Positions 18,006 to 26,139 of a DNA stretch of 32,000 nt are shown here, piece by piece. The position numbers and the translations under genes are program-made. This DNA is from Planctopirus limnophila DSM 3776 (GTDB lineage Bacteria > Planctomycetota > Planctomycetia > Planctomycetales > Planctomycetaceae), in contig NC_014148.1 of assembly GCF_000092105.1 (NCBI RefSeq), positions 5,220,001-5,252,000 of the forward strand. Reading direction: 5' to 3'. The notes below the pieces were generated by a model, which was not told where the DNA came from, ran no database searches, and saw only the letters and a program-made list of their open reading frames with translations. How positions within the stretch are numbered: the first letter of the stretch is position 1; each line of letters opens with the position of its first letter.

Positions 18006-19109
18006 CTAGAACTCACCCAGAACCTCACCACCGTTGGTACTGTGAAGTCCACGATGAATTCGGGTGTCAATGTTGTCACCCAGGAAACGTACTGTGCCAT
18101 CGCCCATGAGTGCATGCGCCCCGCCCACGTGGTAGCTGCGCGGCCCAAAATAGCCGGTAAAGTGAGTCACCACATCAGGAATACGGCTATTCGGTGTGCT
18201 ATAGCCATTTGTGAGCGTACTGATCGCTCCTGAATGTGCCCAGGAGGTCCCACGGCCTCGCAGAGCCAGACTGGCGGCTCCTCGCCAGTTTGTCATGGTA
18301 GGCCATACCGCATTCAGATCCGGGTTTGCGATAAAGCCCTGGGCATTGGCAAACGATGACCAGGCCCCACCCGTGGGAGGCATCCCTTGAGACGTCCCGA
18401 GTGTCGTACCTACACCTGTAGAACCATTCATCGTGAGCTGATAAGGAAAGGGGGGTAGGGTACCCGCCGGGAATGTGACATCACTTCCGGTACTACGAAC
18501 CGACTCACTCATGAAAACGGTGTTCGACGTTCCATCAGTGACATCGCGCATGCGGACATTGCTGTTTTCATAGACGATGCCGTCTGTCTTCCAGCGAAGG
18601 TCGTAGTTGGTGCCTGTGCCGCTACCATAACTGACGAAATAGTTCGTACCGGCATAGATCGCACCGCCGGCACCAGTATTCTGGGTTGGCGCAGGATCAC
18701 TGGGGCAGAGCAACATGGCGAGAGGAGTTGCAAATGCGGCAGCAAAGTTTGGGTTGGGCACCAGGCTACTAAATGGCCCGGTAAATGCTGGTTGAGTAAA
18801 GTCCAGAGTATTCTGGAGGACAGCCTGATCAAAGTAAGGGAGTAAACGGGCTTGTGGCGAGAACCCCTGGGTATTTGGCAGGTAATTCTGGGCATTCACC
18901 ATGGGGAGCATTGTAAAGGTGCTCTCATAGTTATGCAGTGCGAGGCCGAACTGCTTGAGGTTATTACGACATTGCGTTCGTCGCGCCGCTTCTCGCGCCT
19001 GCTGAACGGCTGGCAACAGCAAAGCAATCAGGATGGCGATGATCGCGATCACCACCAGGAGCTCAATGAGTGTAAAGGCTTTTCGAATTTGTGAGGATCG
19101 CATTGACAT
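18006..19109 (-). CDS. DUF1559 protein, prepilin-type signal plus H-X9-DG (paralogue 2)
   Basis: [59 protein letters not shown]-terminal [22 protein letters not shown] is H-X9-DG. Confidence 0.92.
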   Translation of the reverse strand: MSMRSSQIRKAFTLIELLVVIAIIAILIALLLPAVQQAREAARRTQCRNNLKQFGLALHNYESTFTMLPMVNAQNYLPNTQGFSPQARLLPYFDQAVLQNTLDFTQPAFTGPFSSLVPNPNFAAAFATPLAMLLCPSDPAPTQNTGAGGAIYAGTNYFVSYGSGTGTNYDLRWKTDGIVYENSNVRMRDVTDGTSNTVFMSESVRSTGSDVTFPAGTLPPFPYQLTMNGSTGVGTTLGTSQGMPPTGGAWSSFANAQGFIANPDLNAVWPTMTNWRGAASLALRGRGTSWAHSGAISTLTNGYSTPNSRIPDVVTHFTGYFGPRSYHVGGAHALMGDGTVRFLGDNIDTRIHRGLHSTNGGEVLGEF

Positions 19110-19147
19110 GAAACGTTTCCTGTAAAGATTTGAATCGTAATGTTGAC

Positions 19148-20179
19148 TTAGAATTCGCTGACGACTTCACTACCAGAACGTGTGGCAATGTTCCGCCAGA
19201 TCGTGGCGTCGATGTTTTCACTGGTGAATCGAACTCCCCCATCGCCCATGAGGGTATGGACACCGCCTGTATGCCGACTGCGGGCGGCCTTGAAGCCTTG
19301 CGCCACCCAGAAGTAGCAGTCGTAGCGCCGGCTGTTCGGTGTGAAGTAGTGGTTGTAAGCGGTGTTCTCGTACGCCTGACCCGCCCAGACTCGATTTCGA
19401 CTGGCCACGAAGCGGGCGATACTCGCGGGCCTCGCCTGATCACAATTGGCAATTGTCACACTCGTGGGAGGGCTGACCAATGCCATATGCGTCTGTGCAT
19501 CAGGACTCTCAGTAGAAGCCGGGTCGGCACCACCAATCCCTAATAGACTTTCGGAGCAAAGAACCGTGTTCGATAAGCCATCCGTACAATCGGCAATCCT
19601 TCGCCAGGAGATGGAACTGAATAGACCATCGGCACGGTCGTCGCTCTGACCATCATCACTGATATCGGCCACATTGTTTATCCCAGAACCCATGCAGGCC
19701 ATATAGTTGGAAGGAGCAGAGTCAATCACCCCTGTGGGACTAGAAACATAGTCCGAGCGATCACTCGGACAAAGATAGGTCGGAATCTTTGTCATGATCG
19801 TATTGACGTGCATGGCACGTGGCGGCTGGCCACCTCCGGGCGGATAGAGGGACCAGTTCAGATCCAACTGATTGAGCGTGTTGGCCTGATCGACGTAAGG
19901 GAGGATATACGCCAGGAAACTCCAGCGCATCGTGGTGCTTTGTGCGACGTTGTTGTGTCCGTTCCAGCCGCAGGGAAAGCGGCCGAATGTCGATTCATAG
20001 TTGTGCAGAGCGAGGCCAATCTGCTTGAGATTGTTACGGCACTGCGTTCGCCGGGCTGCTTCCCGAGCCTGTTGAACGGCGGGAAGCAGCAGAGCAATCA
20101 AAATGGCGATGATCGCGATCACCACCAGGAGTTCAATGAGTGTGAAGCCTCGGTGACGAGGAGTATCAGGAACTTTCAT
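19148..20179 (-). CDS. DUF1559 protein, prepilin-type signal plus H-X9-DG (paralogue 3)
   Basis: Start chosen at the Met at 20179 ([66 protein letters not shown]). C-terminal [22 protein letters not shown] is H-X9-DG. The longest ORF extends to 20308. Confidence 0.9.
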   Translation of the reverse strand: MKVPDTPRHRGFTLIELLVVIAIIAILIALLLPAVQQAREAARRTQCRNNLKQIGLALHNYESTFGRFPCGWNGHNNVAQSTTMRWSFLAYILPYVDQANTLNQLDLNWSLYPPGGGQPPRAMHVNTIMTKIPTYLCPSDRSDYVSSPTGVIDSAPSNYMACMGSGINNVADISDDGQSDDRADGLFSSISWRRIADCTDGLSNTVLCSESLLGIGGADPASTESPDAQTHMALVSPPTSVTIANCDQARPASIARFVASRNRVWAGQAYENTAYNHYFTPNSRRYDCYFWVAQGFKAARSRHTGGVHTLMGDGGVRFTSENIDATIWRNIATRSGSEVVSEF

Positions 20180-20311
20180 AAAGAGGTCTTTCTCGGGATC
20201 AATGTTGTATAGATAGTCACTTGACGACCGGCGCACTTTGAGTGAGTAGGTTTCTACCCTGCGGCCGGAGTGACGGTATGAACGATACATGCCAAACTCA
20301 GCCTGCAATCA

Positions 20312-21112
20312 TCAGCGGGCGATGTTCAGCGTGAGTGTGGCGGCGTAGTGAGAGCGTTCGTACTTCTCACCGGTTTCGTCATCAGCGGCATGATGGACGA
20401 CGACCAGGTAGTAGTTGGCTTCCGCCGGTGTGAACGTGGCCTTGCCAGAGGCATCGGTCTTGCGTTCAAAGTTTGGGTCAAAATCGGCGGCGAGCTCTGC
20501 ACCGCGGGGGATAAACGACATGGTCGCATCGGCCAGCGGTTTCCCCTTGAGAAGCACCTGAACTGTGATCGGCTCGCCCGCCTTGGCTGTGGCCGGATTG
20601 CTCTGCGGTACCAGTTCGATGGGCTGGCCCAGCGGCTTCAAAGGATCGACACCTCCAGCCTTTTCACCGACCTGGAAGTAGCATTTCGCGTTGCGATAAG
20701 CGCGCGTGGTGCCGTGGATCGTATCGAGAGACTGAGCAGCGACATAGAGGCCCGGCTGATGGGCGACCTGCCGCACCGACCAGAAGCCTTCTTTTGCGGC
20801 ATTACCAATATCGGCCACGCGCGACTTGAGATCCTGCTGGTTTCCATCGGGTGAGATCAGGTCAAAGCTGACCTTTTCAATGCCGATCTTGCTGGCGAGT
20901 TTGAAATCGCGGTGTTCGTTGCCGTGATTACCGAGCATGAGATCGATATGAACCACTTCGCCGGGAGCTACCTGGGCGACATTGGTCTGAACCCAGGTAT
21001 CGTGAGCGCTAGCGATGGTACTGATAGCCGCCACGCTTAAAGCCAGAATGGCATGTGCCAGAATCGAAGTCGCACTTGCCTTATGATTGATCATCATTAA
21101 CGAAGCCAGCAT
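20312..21112 (-). CDS. DUF4198-like periplasmic protein (family associated with Ni/Co uptake; beta-sandwich)
   Basis: Signal peptide ending IASA/HDTWVQ. A mature N-terminus of the H-D-x-W type is typical of DUF4198. The body is beta-rich, and the C-terminal segment (GEPITVQVLLKGKPLADATMSFIP...DASGKATFTPAEANYYLVVVHH) resembles the transthyretin-like part of the family. A strong SD (GAGGAGGG) sits 5 nt upstream of the ATG. Confidence 0.65.
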   Translation of the reverse strand: MLASLMMINHKASATSILAHAILALSVAAISTIASAHDTWVQTNVAQVAPGEVVHIDLMLGNHGNEHRDFKLASKIGIEKVSFDLISPDGNQQDLKSRVADIGNAAKEGFWSVRQVAHQPGLYVAAQSLDTIHGTTRAYRNAKCYFQVGEKAGGVDPLKPLGQPIELVPQSNPATAKAGEPITVQVLLKGKPLADATMSFIPRGAELAADFDPNFERKTDASGKATFTPAEANYYLVVVHHAADDETGEKYERSHYAATLTLNIAR

Positions 21113-21282
21113 ACAACCCTCCTCGGGTATTGAGATGTCAGTGAAATTGAACGAACTCTCAGGCCATGCAGAGCAAGACCATTCGTGAACTGAGACTCTC
21201 GGGGCAGAAAACGACCAACACGCACAAAGCGAGTGCGGTTCAAGCCATCAGAGCGTCTGCCCGGGGCATCCAGAATGGGGCG

Positions 21283-21310
21283 GTTGATGGGCTATTCATT
21301 GCCCATCAAC
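21283..21310. repeat. Perfect 10-bp inverted repeat GTTGATGGGC-N8-GCCCATCAAC in the long leader upstream of the DUF4198 gene
   Basis: Read directly: 21283-21292 gttgatgggc, 21301-21310 gcccatcaac. No T-run follows on either strand, so an operator or RNA structure is more likely than a terminator. Confidence 0.6.
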
Positions 21311-21531
21311 GCATGGACGATCTCGTCTCGTGTGAAGCTCAATTGAGAGCGCAGCGAGTGCCAGCAGAGCCGAAACTGCGCACCAGGTCGAGATTCAACG
21401 ATGGCGTTACATTGCGGATAAGGCAGGCTTGCTCAGAGCCGCAAGCATGGCACTTATCTTCGCTGGAACGCGAAATCGATTGAGGATCTTCGGCGCAGTA
21501 AGGCACACGGAATGAGATCGTGAGAGAGCGT

Positions 21532-22395
21532 TCAACCGGGAGGAGAGAGCCGGTTGTAGAAGACTTCACAGGGAATTCCCTGCGAAGGAGCGAAGGTTGA
21601 CTGATGTGGTGACCACGGTTGCCACGACATGGCGATCGGTGGCGTGGTCAGGGGCTCTGTGAGCATGGTCCACATGGAGCCGGCACCTTGACACTTCAGA
21701 GTATCTAGCCACGGTACCGATGAAGTTGGTGCCGATTCTGGCTCAGACAGCGACGACTTCTGGGCCTGCAATTGACTTGCTGATGGATTTGCGGGTGAGG
21801 AGGGAGCACAGCAGGCAGGCTTGCTGGCAACAGGAACGGGCTCTGTTTTGGTGCCTTTCTGAGTGACCGAGCAACAGCTTGAAGAGGATGTGTTCTTAGT
21901 TTCTACAAGAATTGTTTTCGCAGTCTTCGGGGGAGTCAATTCGACGGAAGATCTGCGTGAGCAGAGAGTGCCATCGTCTCCGCGAGCCGCCTGCATGCGG
22001 AGTTCGCGTAAGGAAGTCGAAATTTGCGATCCGTGGGCAGATGTTTTTTCGGCAGTGTTTTGCAATTGGGACGATCTGGTTTTTCCCATAGAACAGCATG
22101 AGGAAGCCTGGGAGGGAACTGGTGGAGTTGGCTTCTCCACGAGAGCTTCCGGGAGGTGCATGCCATTGAGCTTCGCCCAGAGTTGTCGTTCCACGGGTGT
22201 ATAGCAACAGCAGTTTTTCCAGCATTGCGTCGCCGAGGCACAGCCACATTTGTGACCTGCGCAAGGGAATGCGCCGCCGGACATGAGACTCAGCGAGTTG
22301 GTCGAGAATCCCCATGCGCCGATGCAATAAGAGACAATGAGCAGGACGCCAGTGAGTTTTCTTCGCCAGTCGCCAGTGGCCAGTTCCCGGATCAT
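21532..22395 (-). CDS. Cysteine-rich, single-pass membrane-anchored protein of unknown function (putative metal- or redox-centre-binding)
   Basis: The Met at 22395 gives MIRELATGDWRRKLTGVLLIVSYCIGAWGF (N-terminal anchor). This is followed by FPCAGHKCGCASATQCWKNCCCYTP and then three CC doublets in S/T/P-rich linkers (SSCCS, SSSCCS, PACCAPS). The conserved-looking C-terminal segment is LKCQGAGSMWTMLTEP...GIPCEVF. The longest ORF extends to 22509. No family recognised. Confidence 0.6.
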   Translation of the reverse strand: MIRELATGDWRRKLTGVLLIVSYCIGAWGFSTNSLSLMSGGAFPCAGHKCGCASATQCWKNCCCYTPVERQLWAKLNGMHLPEALVEKPTPPVPSQASSCCSMGKTRSSQLQNTAEKTSAHGSQISTSLRELRMQAARGDDGTLCSRRSSVELTPPKTAKTILVETKNTSSSSCCSVTQKGTKTEPVPVASKPACCAPSSPANPSASQLQAQKSSLSEPESAPTSSVPWLDTLKCQGAGSMWTMLTEPLTTPPIAMSWQPWSPHQSTFAPSQGIPCEVFYNRLSPPG

Positions 22396-22681
22396 TTTTT
22401 GACCGGCACCCCATACGACTAGACAGAATGAAACGAAACGTTCACTCGCAATCTGGCATCGATGGTGGGTTGAAACCAACGGGCGGGACATAAATATCTG
22501 CTTGGGCACCCTGACGACGGAGTGATCGCATCATTTTTGCTCGACTGAAACTCAATAGTTTATCCGCGTGCATGTGGATTGGAATCTTCCACCAGCTACG
22601 AATCAGCGAATTCCCATGGATGGGACATCATAGCGAAGTCTAAGGCGAGGGTATCGAAATCACTGTAACATAATACTGAGA

Positions 22682-24043
22682 CTAGCTTTGCGTTTCTTCC
22701 TGTGGTTTGGCCTCGGCTTCGTTCGAGGATTCAGGAACGATGCGACTCACAAGCAGCCGGTCGATCCGCGGGCCATCCATATCGACCACTTCGACGCGGA
22801 GTTGGCTCCATTGGATGATATCTCCAATTTTGGGAGGTCGCTTAAGCAGGGCGACGACCAGTCCCGAGATGGTGGCAATGCCTCGAGGAGGAGGTTCAGG
22901 CCATTTGCTGAATTCCAACGCTTCCTGCAGTTCATGCAGGTTCAGAGCAGCATCTGCCAGCAGACTGCCATCAGCACGTCGGACAATCAGTTGCTCGTCA
23001 TCGCGGCGATGCTCGTCATGAATTGAGCCGACGAGGATTTCCATGACATCTTCGAGGGTGACCATCCCTTCGGTACCACCATATTCGTCGAGCACGATCG
23101 CGAGTTGAGTCCGCTCTTTCTGGAAGAGTTCGAGCAGTTTCGAGATGGTCAGCGTTTTGGGAATAAAGAGCGGGGCGCGCATCACCCGGCGGATATCGAG
23201 AGACCTGCCCAGATAGTTTTCGAGAAAGACGTCTTTGATGTAAATGAAGCCGACAATCCGATCGATGCTCCCTTCGCAAACAGGTACCCGGGAGAAGCCC
23301 GACATGGCCATGGCTCCCAGGACTTCTTCGGGGGGTGTATCGACGTCGATCGCATCAATATCGATTCGTGGCCTGAGAATTTCGGCGGCTGTCCGCTCGC
23401 GCATTTTTAAAGCCTGCTGGGCCATCTGCTGTTCGGCCTCGTGCAGAATTCCGGCTTCATGACCGGCATCAATCAGGTGCTGAATGTCTTCGACCGAGAC
23501 ACTGTCGCGGATCTCGGTTTTCTGGCCCAGAATGAGCAACACGGATTTGGTACAGACGCGCAGGAACCAGACAAATGGCTGGGCAATGGTCTGGAGAAGT
23601 ACCATGGGCAAGGCCACCCAGCGGGCCATGAACTCAGCATTCTGCAACGCGACTCGCTTGGGAACGAGTTCGCCCAGAATCAGCGAAAAGAAGGCAATCC
23701 CGACCGAAATGACACCCAGAGAAATCGTTTCACTACGCTGCTGAATCCAGGAAACAGGGATTTGTCCAATGAGATGCGAGACCTCGCTGATGAAGCTGGC
23801 ACCACCAAAGGCGGCGGCAAACGTACCGACGAGTGTGATCCCAACTTGAACAGTGGGTAAAAACCGATCGGCGTCACTGGAGAGCTTGAGAGCCGCTTTG
23901 GCACCACGATCGCCTTCCTGTGAAAGCTGTTCCAGCCGCCCGCGTTTGGCAGTCAGAATCGCGATCTCCGCACCGGCGAAGAATCCGTTGAACAGAATCA
24001 GCAAGAGGATGAGAGCCAGCTCGCCGAAAAGTCCCCATTCCAC
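22682..24043 (-). CDS. CNNM/TlyC/CorC-family protein (DUF21 membrane domain, CBS pair, CorC_HlyC domain), a putative divalent-cation efflux or regulation protein
   Basis: GTG start. LILLLILFNGFFAGAEIAILTAKRGRLEQL is the DUF21 signature. A CBS pair region (MRERTAAEILRPRIDIDAIDVD...GFSRVPVCEGSIDRIVGFIYIKDV...) follows, and the C-terminal transporter-associated domain reads GDIIQWSQLRVEVVDMDGPRIDRLLV. Confidence 0.9.
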   Translation of the reverse strand: MEWGLFGELALILLLILFNGFFAGAEIAILTAKRGRLEQLSQEGDRGAKAALKLSSDADRFLPTVQVGITLVGTFAAAFGGASFISEVSHLIGQIPVSWIQQRSETISLGVISVGIAFFSLILGELVPKRVALQNAEFMARWVALPMVLLQTIAQPFVWFLRVCTKSVLLILGQKTEIRDSVSVEDIQHLIDAGHEAGILHEAEQQMAQQALKMRERTAAEILRPRIDIDAIDVDTPPEEVLGAMAMSGFSRVPVCEGSIDRIVGFIYIKDVFLENYLGRSLDIRRVMRAPLFIPKTLTISKLLELFQKERTQLAIVLDEYGGTEGMVTLEDVMEILVGSIHDEHRRDDEQLIVRRADGSLLADAALNLHELQEALEFSKWPEPPPRGIATISGLVVALLKRPPKIGDIIQWSQLRVEVVDMDGPRIDRLLVSRIVPESSNEAEAKPQEETQS

Positions 24044-24329
24044 CCTGTTCGCTCCCTATTCAGGCCGGTCTGCCATACCAGCACTGAGAGTTCTCTTCCA
24101 TCCCCTGGGCCATCGGCCGTTTCATGCCTGCCAAGCGTCTTCTAAGGAGTAGGAAAATGCAATGGGTGATTGCCAGAAGTCGCGAGACTCCCGGAATTTA
24201 ACTGCCATCAATCCATCGAGGTGTATGGATCTGTCTTCGTGGTAAGAGATGCGACGGGCGTGCAGGAACCCTTTCGAACGGAGAGTCACCACACAACGGC
24301 TGCGTCTTGATGGGCGATGCAACCGCCAC

Positions 24330-25064
24330 TTACTTCATGGCGAATTCATCTTTCACGGTGAATTCATGTAATTTGTCAGAAGTTTGAGGTTTGCTGGTGA
24401 GCTTCTGGCCTTGTGAGGAGCCCACTTGTGGCCTGTAGATCGAGAGTCGAGCCAGCGGTCGTTTACGAACTGCCTGATAGATGAAGACGGGGAAACCCAT
24501 GAAGGTTGGTGCCTGTGGATCTTCGAGCAATTCGAGGCCGAGTCGGCGGTAATATCGGTTCAGGCGTGTACGCGATTGATAGATGGTGTCACCGAGAAAA
24601 CCAGGCAAGCGCTTGCCGGTCGCTGCGTAACTCCAGCCATTGACTAACGATCTCAAGCCGTAGATGCGGGTTTTCCAGTTGGGATGCTTGGCGGCATAGA
24701 GCAAAAAGTAGCCCGCCCCATGAAAGGAAAAGCGAGCCATGCCACCGGGCTTAAGCACACGAGCCATCTCTTTCATGGCGATGGCAGAACGCGTGTAGGG
24801 CAAAACGACTTTCGAAATCACGCCGTCAAAGCTGCTGTCGGGAAAAGGGAGATGTTCGGCAAACCCCTGGACGGCTTCCAGTTCATACGAGCGGACTGTT
24901 TCGACACAGGCGGGATCGGGATCGATGCCGACTGGCTCGTGACCTCTTCTCAGCAGCTCCAGCATCTGTTCTCCCGGCCCACAACCCACATCGAGAACCC
25001 GGCTGGCCGGTGGAAACTCAAAATGACTGAATTCATGCAGATGATAAGGTTCAAGAATGCTCAT
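24330..25064 (-). CDS. Class I SAM-dependent methyltransferase (Methyltransf_11-like)
   Basis: VLDVGCGPGEQMLELLRRGHEPVGIDPDPACV (motif I plus acidic post-I residue) and FDGVISKVVLPYT...MARVLKPGGMARFSF (motifs II and III). Confidence 0.85.
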   Translation of the reverse strand: MSILEPYHLHEFSHFEFPPASRVLDVGCGPGEQMLELLRRGHEPVGIDPDPACVETVRSYELEAVQGFAEHLPFPDSSFDGVISKVVLPYTRSAIAMKEMARVLKPGGMARFSFHGAGYFLLYAAKHPNWKTRIYGLRSLVNGWSYAATGKRLPGFLGDTIYQSRTRLNRYYRRLGLELLEDPQAPTFMGFPVFIYQAVRKRPLARLSIYRPQVGSSQGQKLTSKPQTSDKLHEFTVKDEFAMK

Positions 25065-25190
25065 GGATGACCCAATAGGAGCTCGTTCAGACAGATGTTC
25101 ACGAGATGGAGAGCTGGTGTTTATTCAATGTTTCCAATATGCGGAAATGTAAAAGTATTATGGCACATGAATTGATCTCGGGAGGACGGC

Positions 25191-25215
25191 CAGAGAATTC
25201 AGATGGAATTCTCTG
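25191..25215. repeat. Perfect 10-bp inverted repeat CAGAGAATTC-AGATG-GAATTCTCTG in the methyltransferase / wrbA divergent intergenic region
   Basis: Read directly: 25191-25200 and 25206-25215 are exact reverse complements. Confidence 0.6.
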
Positions 25216-25452
25216 CAGGTGTAGGCAGGGTTGTTCGTTCGGTTTGGTTTTGGATAGGGCCTCGCATCTCACATGGGAAGATGTGACGAGGCCAATCCAA
25301 GGTGGGATTCTGGCTGAAGGGTTGCTTGTGGGTGGTCAGGTTTGGCAGGTTGTAGCGGCTGTAGGAGTTTGCGCAGCAGAAATTCGGAAAGATGTGGCGA
25401 CTTGTGCAGAGTGCATGGGGCCACAATGAAAATGAATGCCAAGGGGAGACAG

Positions 25453-26052
25453 ATGGCGAAACTACTGGTTCTGTATTACTCGACTTACGGACATGTGGAA
25501 TCGATGGCGGGGGCTATTGCTGAAGGGGCTGGGAAAATCCCGGGAGTCGAAGTCACCATCAAGAGAGTGCCGGAACTCATGCCACCCGAAGCGGCTGCCA
25601 GAGCGGGTGCCAAACTCGATCAGGCGGCTCCTTTGGCTGATCCCAAGGAGTTAGGCAACTACGACGGCATCATTTTTGGAACCCCCACCCGGTTCGGGAA
25701 TATGGCCTCGCAGATGCGGAACTTTCTCGATCAGACAGGTGGGCTGTGGGTGAAAGGGGCACTGGTGGGCAAGGTCGCCAGTGTCTTTGCCAGTACAGGG
25801 ACTGGTGGCGGAAATGAATCGACGATTCTGACATTTATCCCCACGCTGCTGCACCATGGAATGATCTACGTGGGGTTGCCGTATTCCTGTCCGGATCTGG
25901 CGGATATCTCGGAATTGAAGGGTGGCTCTCCATATGGTGCAGCGACGATTGCGGGTGCGGATGGATCGCGCCAGCCTTCGGCTCGTGAACTGGCAATGGC
26001 CCGATTTCAAGGCGAGCATGTGGCCAAAATCACCGCCAAGCTGTGTGGTTAA
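25453..26052 (+). CDS. wrbA: NAD(P)H:quinone oxidoreductase WrbA (flavodoxin-like fold)
   Basis: [26 protein letters not shown]...[69 protein letters not shown]...[12 protein letters not shown]... is near-canonical WrbA. The start at 25453 is preceded by AAGGGGAGA. The longest ORF from 25342 adds a non-homologous leader. Confidence 0.93.
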   Translation: MAKLLVLYYSTYGHVESMAGAIAEGAGKIPGVEVTIKRVPELMPPEAAARAGAKLDQAAPLADPKELGNYDGIIFGTPTRFGNMASQMRNFLDQTGGLWVKGALVGKVASVFASTGTGGGNESTILTFIPTLLHHGMIYVGLPYSCPDLADISELKGGSPYGAATIAGADGSRQPSARELAMARFQGEHVAKITAKLCG

Positions 26053-26075
26053 CTTCTATTTGAGACTTCCTGCCG

Positions 26076-26111
26076 GCGGGTGTGAGTGTGATCAAACGCG
26101 ACTCGCACCGC
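26076..26111. terminator. Possible bidirectional hairpin between convergent wrbA and nrdR (weak)
   Basis: GCGGGTGTGAGT (26076-26087) pairs with ACTCGCACCGC (26101-26111), with one bulged G and one G-U pair. There is no clear U-tract on either strand. Confidence 0.3.
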
Positions 26112-26139
26112 TGGAGGTGAAGACTTTGCATCAGAGGAT

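Noticed and set aside
21166-21483. 105-aa plus-strand ORF and the overlapping 76-aa minus-strand ORF (21339-21569) in the gap upstream of the DUF4198 gene
   Set aside because: No SD, signal peptide, motif or plausible domain is present. The composition is R/A/S-rich and the region is packed with hairpins. I treat it as noncoding leader.
21113-21531. Possible cobalamin riboswitch. The minus strand contains AGCCTGCC (B12-box-like) and CCGCAATGTAA (similar to the CCCGCAACTGTAA element).
   Set aside because: The two elements occur in the wrong order relative to the cobalamin riboswitch consensus as I remember it. The other conserved blocks (GGTG...AATCC, GCCACTG, GGGAAGGC) are not visible. Only an Infernal scan could revive this idea.
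24122-24322. 66-aa minus-strand ORF between the methyltransferase and CNNM genes
   Set aside because: The product is arginine-rich with no signal or motif, and the region is more simply explained as a leader.
25106-25429. 107-aa plus-strand ORF, and the long form of wrbA starting at 25342
   Set aside because: WrbA homology begins exactly at [10 protein letters not shown] (25453), which is preceded by a purine-rich SD-like AAGGGGAGA. The upstream ORFs are Cys/Arg/Gly-rich and unrecognisable.
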